Assembly: GCA_030704615.1 (NCBI GenBank)
Contig: CM060732.1
Span: 71,858,001-71,922,000 of the forward strand
Source: Takakia lepidozioides
Lineage: Eukaryota; Plantae; Bryophyta
Direction: 5' to 3'
Length of the DNA stretch: 64,000 nt
Below the pieces are notes generated by a model, which was given only the letters and a program-made list of their open reading frames with translations, searched no databases and was not told where the DNA came from. How positions within the stretch are numbered: the first letter of the stretch is position 1; each line of letters begins with the position of its first letter. Below are positions 22,322 through 35,320 of the stretch, piece by piece. The position numbers were made by a program, and so were the translations under genes.

Positions 22322-23299
22322 TGGTTCAAAACAAGTTGCGTTTGCGGTTATTACGGGGGATGCTTCCGCGTGAGCATGTGAGCGCAGCCAGGCTTCAGCA
22401 GTTCTTGCCACATTGGCTCACGGGTCTGACGCCACGTCAGCAGACCTCGCCAGCGTGGTTGATGCCACGCCACGTCACGTCAAGCCACGTCACGGACCTA
22501 TAACCGTGGACCGAACAGGCAAAAGGGGGCCTATAGCCACGGACTTGCGCATTCGGCACATAGGGAACCATATGTGGGCGACGAGGCGAAGTGCAGAAGA
22601 GAGTTTATACTGAAAGTTGTTGGATGATTGTGTTTGCAGAGATGGATGAATGTGGATGAAAAGTTGGTGAAATATCATGGATGAATGTTGAACAAGGATG
22701 TCATTATAACATTTATCTGAACCAAGCACAATGATCAATGTCGTTAGCACAAAAATTGGAGAAAATCCATCATGAAGCACATGATAAGATTTAATCAATG
22801 TCTGCCATTTGGGGAAATGTAGACTGATGAAAGCAACGTAGAATAAGACAACACAGCAGATGTGAGACAGATCTTTGATTCTTTGATTTTCTCCCACTGG
22901 TTACTGCAACATTCCACTATGCAACACACTCCACTTTCGTTTTCCTCTTCGATGTCGACACATTGTGAGTCATTTCAGCACCATACTTCCTACAACGCAC
23001 CACATCACCACCCTAAACTTGCAGTCGACTGAAAATGTGACCTAGTCGCTTTGCCAGGTACAATCTGCTCATCTCTGTCAATGCATACAAGCCATGAATT
23101 GTGCATTGACAACCAACAAGCAGACAATCATGATTAACAATTGAGAATAAGCAAAATGTCATACCATCCTACAACTATATTACCACGAACCCCCTTTCCA
23201 ATGCAACCACGGTATTATAAAGTTGCGTAGGGACACAAAATGTGTCACACTCGCGGCTCGCCACGTCACCATAATAAAAGATCTTGTAGTTAACTTGGT

Positions 23300-25160
23300 A
23301 AGTATGGCCAGACAGAAAACTTGAAGTAATTCCCAGATTGTGAGAGCTCTTATGTTGCTTCAGATGATGGGTTGAAAGTGTGCGTAGGAAGTCACCATAT
23401 TTTCCAAGCGATTTTTCGACCTCCTTCTACGGGAGACCTCCATTCCTTCTTTGTCCAGGTTCATCTGTGTCTTTCACTATATCCAGATCATAGAATTTGG
23501 ATCATTGAAACCTTCTCCCTTCCGGTCCATTGACCATTCAAGTATTTCAAGATGAACCTCGAGTAGGACTTGGCTAGTACGACACGCAACTGATACCCAA
23601 GTGATCCATAACATTCATGACACTGATACCCACGTGATTAGCTACTTTCATTGCAGGACATCTCTGGTTGCCTCCATATTCTTACAAAGTGATACACGAG
23701 ACTTTAGTTAACACACTTGTGATGTTATCTAACATCTTGGGTATCACTTTGTAACTATGGCCATGCACATGCATGATTTTCTCTGCTTTGAATGCTATAT
23801 CCTTGCTTCAAATGATGATGGGTTGAAAGTGTTTGCTGGCAGACTAGGATTGACGGGAGATCTCCCGGCTTTACTATGTCGGGAGACCTCCTGTTGTTGC
23901 TTTCCCGGAAGATATCCCGCATCTCTGTTACGGGAGGTCTCCCGTGCTCATCATGACCATTCTTTAAGATGACCAGTCTGACACAAAACACTATTAATAA
24001 CCCAGGTGATTAACCACAATGATTAAGGGGATTTCAAGAGTGCATGATCAAACTTACCATGTAAACCACAAGACTTTGTGTATCATTGGCAATGTTATAT
24101 AAGATATTGTGGTTTACTTGATAAGAATGGCAAGCCAGAATCTTGGAGTAATTCACAGATTGATTCATTGATGATGGGTCAAATGTGAGTGCTGGCAGAA
24201 TTTCATTGACGGGAGATATTCCGTTCTTCCATTGACGGGAGACCTCCCGTCCTCCCTTTCACTATACTTATTTGAGTCTTGTCCGGCGAGGAACTACCCA
24301 GATGATTAGCCAGATTCATTCTGAGTGCATGCGCATTCCTACAATGTGATACACAAGACTTTATTTAACACAATTGGGATGTTATCTAAGATCTTGTGGA
24401 TCAATTTGTGGGCATGGACATTCTAAGTCTCTGAAAATGAGTCCTATGTTATTGCTTAAAATGATGGGTTTAATGTGTGAGATGGAAGTATATACGTACA
24501 TACGTGAGATGGAATAGTTTACAAGGATGTTGTTCCGAATTATATTGATTTTTTGTTTACGTCCTATGACGGGACACCTCCCTTCCTACATTGCCAATTC
24601 CCAAGTGATTAGTAGCAGGCAGGACACTACTGATACCCATGTGATTAGTAACATTCATTATGGGACATTTTGGGGTGCAGCCGAATAGTTACAGAGGGTC
24701 ACACAAGTCTTTATGTTACACACTGGCGATGTAATCTAAAATCTTATGTGGCCTTCATGTAATTCTTGGCATGCACAAGCCTGAATAGTTTTTGCTTACG
24801 ATGATGGGCGGAAAATGTGAGTTGGCAGAAGTCCATTGAATATCCTATGTGATTAGTAACAACCCAAGTGATTAGTAACATTCATTACGGGACATTTCGA
24901 GGTGCAGCCAAATAGTTACAAAGGGTCACACAAGTCGTTATATTACACATTCGCGATGTAATCTAAAATCTTGTGTGGCCTTCATGTAATTCTGGCCATG
25001 CACAAGCCTGAAATGTGTTTGCTCGGTTAATGCATGAAATTATGATGGGTTGAAAGTGTGAGATGTCGGAAGTTCTGATTTATTCTGATTAAATTACATC
25101 GTTCGACGGGTGATCTCCCGTCGTCCTTCAACGGGAGGCCTCCCGTCCTCCTTTGACCAT
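23300..25160. repeat. Degenerate tandem array of about 6 units (240-450 bp) inside the CACTA element
   Basis: Anchor atgatggg at 23364, 23815, 24171, 24461, 24801 and 25042, with recurring cc(a/c)(a/t)gtgatta and acacaag(a/t)c motifs. Confidence 0.75.
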
Positions 25161-26779
25161 TAACATCTTTCTGTTGGGACTGTCCAGTTACTGAAAGTTA
25201 CTAACCGGTTAATTTTTGATCCATCAAGAATCGAACTTAGGGTGTTGGAAGTAACACACCCTGGTCGTATGGTCTCAGCAAGAGCCTCTGCTGAGAAATC
25301 CTTCAACCTTATCAGACTGCTTTGTTCAAAGATTTCCGCCGAACAGGCGCAATCCTCCTCGGAGTCTGAGGGCAGGGGCGAGGGATCTGCTCAGGGCGAG
25401 GGTATTTGTGGAGTCTTCACCAGTTACACACGCTCGTTTTGAAAGAAGTCAAGGTCGCCAGGAGAGGTCACAAATGTCCCGCGACACCAACTCTTGAAAG
25501 GATTTACTAACGCCACCGGATACAGCTAGAAATAGACCTGTGCACTTGGAGGAAGATGAAGATGACAGTGAGACTGAATCCAACGGCGTGCAACAGAGCC
25601 CAATATTTCAGAACCCATTTATCCAGCATTCGACTGGAGTGCATGTACGCGACGTGGAGTCATCAAATATTTCGCCAGACGGGCAAGCCATAGGTCGGCG
25701 GACGACGGGCGGTACGCTTCAGTTCTCCCCAGAACCAATATCCTCAAGGCCCCCGAATATCTCAACTCGCCAGTTGTATAATCTTCAGATCGATGCAGAG
25801 TGCGAGTCAACGCGGGCATGCACAGGGAGATTATCAATATTGATGAGGACGGAGTGGTCAACAAGGTTGAGTCAGCATTTCATTCTGGAGGGCCAACGAA
25901 TGCCTCCATTGACTTTACTTCCCAAGTCCAATATACAGGTGGGGATAGGCTTCTTGCGATGTCGGACTTTTCTGAGATGACACCCAGTCGAGTCGACTTC
26001 GTTCTTTCCGCAGACCTTATCACGGGAGGTCTCCCGTTCTCCAGGGCTTGGCGGCCGGCACTTGCAACCATGCTTGTCATCATCTCCTGGTGGAACACCG
26101 GTCCCCACAGTCACTCAAGGGTGGGCACGGGAGGTCTCCCGTCCTCTTCTTTTGGGAATACCTCAGCATCAGGGCAGTTGAACGTTAATGAGGATCGGGT
26201 TGAAGACTCTGGAGAGAATGATATCACCGCTGTTGCAGAAGCACTAGCAAGAAATCCTCCGGAGGCTTTTGAGAGAACCCCAGTTAGAGAGAAAGGTTTG
26301 TACCTATTGATCACCTTGCTCTCCTTACAATTGAATTTAGGTTGTTTTTGTTCCTTATCCTCATGTATTTGTTTCAAATCAATTGTAGGAGCGCATGGCG
26401 CAGCGTCGAAGAATCTTGTGGAGGTGTGCTATCTCATTACACTTTCTCACTTTTACACCGATTGACATCGTCTTGCTGCCTCTAACGAGACGTCGTTCTG
26501 TTTCAGCGGCGAAGAAGAGACGTTGGAAGCAGAACCCGAGGAAGTATCCGGAGATAATCACTCGACAGACAAAGCGATGAGGCAGCAATAGAGAATTCCA
26601 CCGAGGTGTGTACTACCATTCCACTTAGTCATTCCAGTTTGTGTTTGCACCTGGAAGTCAATTGTATATCATTCAGTTGAGACCTAACCGTCGAATCTTG
26701 ACAGATGGGTCATGACCATTGTTGAGCGAGCGCGGCAGCAAATCTCTTGCGCTGGAAGACACGAGTGACGGCCTCCTCT

Positions 26780-27270
26780 GGAGGTCAAAGAACGTTAATC
26801 ATTCTGAGTGTTGTTGGTTTATTGTGCTATAAACCCAAGCCTGTTGGATCACAGAGGTTCCTTGAACATTTCCCTCGTGCCAAAATTCCCTACGATTGGG
26901 ACAACGTCGTTCCTCGTCCGGGGTCTTCTGGAATTTCTTGAACTTGCATTCAACCATTACCATGTGGGTATATGGTCCTGTGGAGTTCAGCATATGGTTG
27001 AGGCTCTTCTTACATATCTTCTCCCGAAGGATATGGTCAGGAAATTTTGCTTTATCTGGTGTCGGGATACTTGCACCAAGCTTCCTGCCTACATTGCCTC
27101 AACACAGCCGTTCTACATGCATTAAAGACATTGTTGGTCTTTGGGAACACTTCGGGAGAAGTTGTAAGCCCTACGGCCTAAAAGGCCAAATGCTTTTGAT
27201 TGATGATGAGCCCACCAAAGCCCCGAGGAACCCTTTGAACACTGGTTTTTACACGAGATTCTTTGATGGC
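26780..27270 (+). pseudogene. FCP1/NIF-homology (HAD phosphatase-like) domain remnant carried in the CACTA element
   Basis: RTLIILSVVGLL...VVPRPGLLEFLELAFNHYHVGIWS...FCFIWCRDTC...IKDIVGLW...MLLIDDEPTKAPRNPLNTG, read across frameshifts. Confidence 0.75.
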
Positions 27271-30200
27271 ACTCTAACGCCGATCATCAAGGAGGGACGA
27301 GATTCTTTTGTTGAGGATCTTGTTGCAAATGTTCACATGCCTATCGATAGCTCTCACCCTCATTGGATTCGGCTAGCAAGATATGCAAATCCCCTAGGGA
27401 TTACTGACCCTTGTGTGTTTTTAGGTATGTTCCCACCTCTTTGCTTTCAACTTCTTCTTTTTACGTCAACCGATGTGTTTTGGAGTAGTAGGTTAAGAGG
27501 TTAGAATGGGTCAGTAAGCACGGGAAGTCTCCCGTCCTTGCTGCGTACCATGAATCTGGAAAGTAATACTGATTTGTCTCATGGATTGGTTTATTTGTTC
27601 CAGTCAAGGCCAAGCGTCGTATGAAGTCAACATCCGACAAGAAGAAGGATAAACATACCACACCAACAGGCCGGGAGGGTCTCTGGAGGTATATGAGTAT
27701 TTCTGAGGAGAAGATCTGCTGGCGAGCACAACGCCCTCAAACAGATGCAGAGCAACGGAATGTCCATCTGGGGAGATCTGGGATGAGAGTAGAATCCGCT
27801 ACTCGTTCTTACTAGTCGGGTGACAGTCTTCCACCAGTTGGGATATTGTAAATAATGTACATTGACAATGACGCTATTCTCTAAGCGCAAATTATGAATC
27901 CAAATGGTTCATTGTTTTTTATTCATTTCATGTCCAGAGCGATGGATACCATGGTTGTGCTCTGTGTTCTCTTTGTACTCTTTGTTCGGTTTTGGAATTC
28001 ATTACTCATGTTGATATGAAAGGTATCACCACGGGAGATCTCCCTTACCTGACTATGTGCATGTTGTGGTTTCGTCATCACACCCGTTAGACTCTTTTAG
28101 ACTAGAGAGCGTGAGTAAGGACGGGAGACCTCCCGTCCTCTTTGCCTTTCTATTTGTGCTTGTTCCTGTCAGACCCCTCATTCTCTTATGGCTTTGGTAG
28201 GTTGTTGTAACTTGTGCATGTTTACCCCTCAATTTAATTTGACTATGCCTGATGTGTATCGCTAATTGGGAGGGGAGACCTCCCATCTGTCTTGGTCCGC
28301 ATGTGTTTTGTGCGTGGAGCTATGATTTACATGAATGAAGAATAATCGGTTCACGGCCTTGCCTGTGACCTTGGAATCCGCTAGGTGGTTCTTATTTTAT
28401 GGATGACGCTCTTGAGGAACCGGTCTGAGACTCGAGGACGATGATAGACAGAGATAAACAGTCTTGTCGAAGGGCTGATGCATTGGAGCCGAACTGTTCG
28501 AATGAATTGGCTTCTATAGAAACTATGTTCAGTATTGGTTTGCGTCGAAGACTATGGTTTTGGGTCCTATGGGATGAAGATGGTTGATTATTGCCCATAG
28601 CCAGGGACCTCAATGGCTGTACAAATTTGGTTTGGTGATGTTCTAATAAATTACTCTGGACATTTTGGGACATATCTCGACGGGATGTCTTTCTATCTTA
28701 CTATGTTCTAATCATAGATCGGGAGATCTCCCTTGCCTCAGTGGAGATGTCGAACTTAGGACAGCTGTCATAATTCTCATGTACTTGTGGAATGACGAAG
28801 TTTGGCATTTTTTTGTAGGCTAATATTATATTAGGGATGTGATCAGGGTATGGATTCTCTGGGAACAGCAATATTTACTAAACATCTACTACAATAAATT
28901 TAATAAAATCATTTAAATTTGTTTTTATATTGATTTTTTATTCAATTTAAATAAATAAATAAATATGTTATTCCTAGACTTTGGAAAGTCTAGATTTACT
29001 TCAAATCCAGTTACGTGTCTACAAACTGTCCAATCCCAACGACGATCTTTCTGCGTCCATGTGTCATGATATTGCTCAATATCATCGACGGATTCGTTTC
29101 GTCCACGTCACAGCCGCTGGCAGTGGTTGGAATCACTATGTTGTTCAGTGGTTAGTTTACCACGGTGACGTGCGTCAGAGGTGTCTAGTTGACCACCGGT
29201 GACAGGTCAGCGTACAAGTGGACCTGGACGCTAGTGGCCGTAACCACTGTCTTGAACCACTGGTGACACGTTATGTCTTTAACCACTGGGACACGAAATC
29301 CACTCTTCTATAACACTTGTAGGCTCGGGGTGGTAAAGTGTCATTTCCCACTCAAAACCAGTGGTTCACATAGTGGTTATTCTGCGTTTTCCTTCTAGTG
29401 AATTAAATATGCACCATTGCAAAGATTCACTTACCCATCTGTCATTTGTGAGAGGAGAGCATGCCGATGGATTATGTTCCCTTTGAAATTCACATGAAAT
29501 TCCCAGCTCGTGGTAGCATGTAGGATTAAGTATAAGGAACTTTGTGATAAGACCATTTCCTCCAAATCAAGTCCTGAATGGTAGTTATTCAAAGTTGCTC
29601 GAGATTGACAGACTCCACTGCTGAAAAACAATAATGCTGGAGAGTTAGGATTCACTCACAACCAAGAAGTACTCATCATGCAACAAAGCAAAGCAAGGGA
29701 GAGTATTTACCTTGTAAGTGCAATTTATACATAGACTCCCAAGTATTCGTGGGATAGATGACTTGCTGGAAAGATGAGTGCGAGGGTTCCATTACGTTAG
29801 ACTTACTTGTTGTGATGATCGACAGGCAGGGAAGATGAAGAGATAGTGAAAGTACCTAGAAGAAATCCGTTCCGCAAGTCGAGATGTGAGGATATAGTGG
29901 GTGGTGCCGCCATGCATTCAGTAGGAAGGCGACCATTAACTTTTGAGTGATGAGAGCTCTTATCGAGACGTTACTCCTGACGAATCAATCTTACCACCCA
30001 CTGTAAAGAAGATCAGATCAGGTACGAATCTTGTGGAGTGAAGCAGGCTCTTGCTCTCTAATATATCAAACTGTTGTTTTGCAAACTTAAGAGAAATTAG
30101 TACTCACTTCTTGGGCTATCGTACGAAACTTGAAATTGAATTCTACCACACGAGCTCGTCCTGACCAATCGCGTAAGGAGGGGTAATGCAGGAGAGACGG

Positions 30201-31679
30201 GGGGGGGGACTTCGGACCCAAGCCATAATGCTGCAGCTGTGGGAGATCCACAAATGCTGAGGTGCAGGGGTGGTCGGTCAAGTGGCAGGGATCCGAAGCC
30301 GCTAGCAAAACCTGAATGTGGGATTCTCGGCTGCCCAGTAGAACTCCAATGCAACTATTTTGCAATCACATGGACACCGAAGCACGACGCGAGTATTACC
30401 ATATCACTTCTCAGTATGTTCTCAGTATATATGTCATTTGCTTTGATGTTGCTAGAACGCTAGAAAGTTAAGACTTCAAGTTGATGTTGCTCTTTATGAG
30501 CATCCAGCAAGGGATTTTCCGGTGACACAAGACTGTCTTGTGCACAAGTGATCACGTTGACGACGTAGACGTGTGGGTTGATGTCACCCCTTACAGAGTT
30601 ACAAAAGGGGACATTCGGTATTCGCAGGCATTAATTTGAGTCCCTGGGAAAGGTTCATTACGGTCTTTGTCCGGAAATTATTGTCCATTTTTCAAGCTGT
30701 TCAGGCAAGGCAATCTTGGAGAACACTAGGAATAATGTAAGAACTTAAGGCACACGTGCAATCTCTGACATGTCGGTACGCCTGTTCCTGGCATGTCAAA
30801 TCTTGCCCACCCTCTCTTTGACATAAAATTAAGGGAGTGTAATTCCACTCGGGGTTACATGGTGGGGAGTGTAACTCCACTCGGGGTTACACTAGGTTAC
30901 ATGGAAGGGAGTGTAACTCTACTCAGTGTAACCCGCGCTTGGTCTCCAAATTTGACTAAGCATAAAATGGGCTTAGAGGAGTTACACAAGGTGCAGGGTG
31001 ACACTAGTTGGAAGTACAGAGACCCAGGGTTACACAAGCAACCCATCCGAACCCGGGACCTAACTGCAAGGAGGTAAGTCAGGATGAGCAGCAAAAATTC
31101 ACTTGCAATTTTGGTAAATCCATGATGGAATCATGTGAGGATATTTCTGATGCTTTCTTCAGATGGGTTTTGAAGGGCTCTGCCCGGGATTCTTCTCTAA
31201 ACCAGAAGCAACAAAGGGTGGTTATTAGAGGGGGACCCGCTAAATCAGTGGCTTCCCTGTGGAAACAGCCGCCTTGGTAGAGCAGCCCGGGATTGGGATT
31301 GCATACCCCAAGATATGCCGGGTCACTGTCGCTCCCCATAGCCGGCCTCTCCACCCTTCAACCAGGGTCCAACAAGGGTTGGGGGTGGGCAGCCCGGGCC
31401 CTTCATTTTGGCCGTTTAGGAATCAATGCCCATACTTTCTTAAGGTTCTGGTATTATGGAATACTTTAGGGTTCCATATTAGGGTTCCATAAACCCTAAA
31501 AAGTATTACATACATACATATGGTATCCTTTCTGTGTCTCATCACACTGTCTGTGTTCCACTGCATCGCTGCGTGATGTGGGGCTCACCAGACTTCCAAG
31601 ATGCCGGTTCTTCGAGCAAGACTGATGACTCTGGGCAGGACCTGATAGAATCTGAATTCGACTGTCCTTCCACATGCAG

Positions 31680-31897
31680 GTTTCAAGTGAACGTGAGTTG
31701 TGGGAGAAGTCTCGCAGGGAATTGGTGAATACGTTATGCGCCACTTATGCATCTGAGGAATTCAAAGAGACCTGCAAGAACTATGTATACGACGGAGGAA
31801 ATGTTGTATTCACATGTTGAGCTCTTGTTTCTGAGGACAAAAAATTACATGAGGTTGTCTTGCATGAAAATCAACTAGTGCGAGGGCCATCATTCAG
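31680..31897 (+). pseudogene. Argonaute N-domain exon, copy 2
   Basis: RRELVNTLCATYASEEFKETCKNYVYDGGNVVFTC*ALVSEDKKLHEVVL. Confidence 0.6.
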
Positions 31898-32014
31898 GTG
31901 TGTGTGACTTGCTGCGTTTCTGACATTTGAACTTATCGATCGATAGTTTAGATAGGACTTGATAGGGCTTTGATAGTTTTAGATAGGGCTTTTGAAATAA
32001 ATTACACTTGCAAT

Positions 32015-32812
32015 TGTGAAGGTGTAAGGGCCCAGATGCGCGACAGGTGGCAGGAAAGCAGGCGCACATCAGCTGCCAAAGAAGAAATCAATGTGACCCG
32101 ATGGAGGCAACTAAACAGAATTTGGAGGCTAAGCAAAAGGTAGACTTCCCATTTCACATCCGAGTTGGATGTGTCTGAGTCAAGCTACCTTCCCTGAAAG
32201 CACTGTGCACAGAAACTAGTTCAGGCATCCCAAACCTTCTTGCATGAGGGTAAGTCTAATGAAACACAATGTGAATTGTGCTCTTGGACAATGCTGGGTG
32301 TATAGCAGGGGCCAGCCTTGAGACGATGTGTGGAGGAGATTGTGTTTTCCTATACTTCTTAAAGGCTGTTAGTATTAACAAAAGAACACTCCAGTGTGCT
32401 TTCAACTTATGTCCTGGCTTCTCGTGTAATGAACAGGCCCCAGGTTTGAATTTCTAAACTGAAAAAATGATCCTCCCTTTGAACACATGAGCTTTTTTAA
32501 ATCAGAATGCATATTTTTTCAGGGTAGTAGAGACTCCCCAGTATGTAAGGAGGTTGGAACTGCGGGGTTGGCTTTGCTCTTACAGGTGACGAAGCACATG
32601 AATCACTTGCTTAAGGCCCCCTTCTGTGTGCATCCAAAAACTGGTAAGACTTAAACATAAGAGTGAGTGCATGCAGCAACATGGCTCTCCTATGTACATG
32701 CACAGCATGTAACTTAAAGCTGATGCTTGATCTTGCAGGTCGTGTGTGCGTGCCTATCGATCCACAAAATTGTGAAAGCTTTGACCCTACAGTTGTGCCC
32801 ACCGTATCTCAG
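32015..32812 (+). pseudogene. PRI1: DNA primase small subunit fragment, copy 2
   Basis: VTKHMNHLLKAPFCVHPKTG|RVCVPIDPQNCESFDPTVVPTVSQ. This copy keeps codons that are deleted in copy 1. Confidence 0.88.
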
Positions 32813-33249
32813 GTACAAAACAGAAAATATCAATCCCTTATGTATTCACTGATACTCTTTTGCCTCACCTTGACATAAATGTTGAGAATGTTATGGAGCA
32901 AAAAGATGTTCGGCTTGAATCCACTTCTAATGATTGAGGTACGTGCCAGGCCCATCCATATTTCAGATACCCACTGTGTGTGTATAGAGCAGTTTATTCC
33001 TATATTTGTAGTGAGCAAGAGCCGACACCTATTTTCCATCAGAAGTCATCCATTGATCATTTTCCGCTCAAACTGGGCGCGGGGTCAATGGCCACAAGGC
33101 TACAGCAAACAACGTCTTATTAGTACATTCTATTGAGATCATTGAAGGTAGCCGTCGTTGCATTCAGGCTTGGTGGGCAGCCAGCAAGCAGACCAATGTT
33201 CTCGACCAGAGCTATCATCACGTAAACTCCCTGAAACGGGGAGACTTAT

Positions 33250-35320
33250 TCAACCTTGTGGGCGTGCAGTTGCTTTCCCTCTGCCAAGCCTTTCATCAAG
33301 TCCATGGAGAGCAGGGTAACGAAACACACTGGCCCGGATCATCGATGCACCCGCATTTGGCATACATGTCCATGAGGGTATTGTTCAGAATCACATCTGG
33401 TACAATTCCAGCTTTGGCAATGCAATCATGCACCTCTTTGCCCTTTTCCAGGGCTGCCAGGCTTGCACACGCACTGCACACGCACACACGTGATGTGGTC
33501 GGGCTTCATCCCTTCCGCCAACATTTGCTCACAGGTCTCCAAAGCGTCCATCCCACGCATACTCTGCAAGCATCATGTCCCACGACACCACATTTCGTTC
33601 AGCCATATTGTTGAACACTCTCTTCGCATCCTCCATGCTCCCTTATTTGGCATACATGTCCACCAGGGCAGTGTTCAGGATGACATTTAGTACAATTGCA
33701 GCTTTGATGATGTCACCATGGACCTCTTTGCCCTTTTCCAGGGCTGCCAGGCTTGCACAAGCATTGCAAACGCACACAGACACGATGTGGTTGAGCTTCA
33801 ACCCTTCCCCCATCATTTGCTCATAGGTCTCCAAAGCCTCCATCCCGCGCCGCTGCTATGCATATCCTGCAAGCACGGCGTTCCATGACACCAAATCTCG
33901 TTCAACCATACTGTTGAACACTCCCTTCACATCCTCGATGCTCCCAGATTTGGCATACCTGTCCACGAGGGCAGTGTTCAGAATGTCATTCGGTACAATT
34001 CCAGATTTGACGATGTCACCATAGACCTCTTTGCCCTTTTCCAGAGCTGCCAGGGCAGTGTTCAGAATGACATTTGGTACAATTCCAGCTTTGATGATGT
34101 CCCCATGCACCTCTTTGCCCTTTTCCAGGGCTGCCCGGCTTGCACAAGCATTGCAAATGCACACAAACGTGATTTTATCAACTGTGCCGCTGCAGCTGCG
34201 GCTTCCAGTTGACCATCTACCCATGCAGGTTTCTTGTAGCTATCCTTCCACAGGGAACCATAGGTAATCTGGAGCTTGAAATCCGGCCCTCTTGGATGAA
34301 TCTGGACCCACACTCTATCCCTGCTCCTTCAGCTATCACTGCCTCTGCACAAATCATGCATACATCCTTGCCTTGCTGCCAGCAGCTGACAATGACAGCC
34401 TACATTTGTTCTAGGCAACACCCAACGCAGCTTATCACACTAGTTCATATGCTGAATAGCGTCTGCTACTCTCTGTAATCGAACAGGCATTCACCTTTTT
34501 TCCTCGGTTGTTCCACCATTGACTGGGTCGGAAAAGTATTCATTCCACAGCTTCTCCTCGTCTCTGTTACCTGTTTCTGGATACTTTCGTGTTGTCAGAT
34601 TGGCAGTATCATGTCAAAGTCAACTCAACCAGCTAACTTGCAGAAGTCAACATGGGAATTTAGGGCCGATTCTGATAAGAGGGAAAAACAGGGTGAAATG
34701 TGTTGAAGAAGGTGCCTTGATTAGCAGTGCCTGATTTTATCAATTGTGCCGCTGCAGCTGTGGCTTCCAGTTGACCATCTACCCATGCAGGTTTCTTGTA
34801 GCTATCCGTCCACAGGGAATCATAGGTAAGCTTGAGCTTGAAATCCGGCCCTTTTGGATGAATCTGGACCCAAATTCTAGCCTGCTCCTTCAGCTATCCA
34901 TGCCTCTGCACAAATCATGCATACGTCCTTGCTGCTAGCAGCTGACAATGACAGCCTAGATTTCTTCTAGCAAACACCCCGACCATACTTATCACACTAG
35001 TTCCTATGCTGACTTGCGCTTCCAACAGGCATTCACCTTGTTGCCTCGATTGTTCCACCCTTGACTGCGGTCAGACAGAGATTGAAACACGGCCTGCTAA
35101 GACCAAGCTGACTCTCCCAAGAACCTTGTAAAAATCAGGAAGAATACCAAATCATGATACTAACAGGAGCCAAGAGCCCACATTTTCAGGATGGACAAAC
35201 TTCTTCACATCGTACATTAAGAAAAAGCCACACCTTGCGATTGCGGTTGTCCCACCATCGTGAAGGATCTTTAAAAAACTCATGCCAGCTCTGCTCCGTG
35301 CTCCAAGGTAGGGGTTTGTG
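33250..35320 (-). pseudogene. PDF-PLS PPR pseudogene, duplicated copy with internal deletion
   Basis: PLS motifs at 33300-34170, IHPRGPDFK exons at ~34172-34300 and ~34730-34863, and the WWDNRNRK exon ending at 35234. Confidence 0.85.

Larger units (their letters stand above)
20886..29400. mobile_element. Non-autonomous CACTA (EnSpm) DNA transposon
   Basis: The right end reverse complement is CACTAGAAGGAAAACGCAGAATAACCACTATGTGAACCACT. The left end is (G)ACTAGAAAGAATGCGCAAAATAACCACTTTGTTAACCACT. AACCACT/AGTGGTT subterminal repeats cluster at both ends. The 3-bp flanks differ (cgt / aat) and no transposase ORF was recognised. Confidence 0.8.

Noticed and set aside
23300-25160. CRISPR-like appearance of palindromic repeats separated by variable sequence
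   Set aside because: Spacing is irregular, the intervening sequences are homologous to one another, the context is a eukaryotic TE, and there are no cas genes.
28440-28640. Chromodomain-like WFWVLWDEDG in the CACTA element
   Set aside because: Short, interrupted by stops, and lacking the other chromodomain residues.
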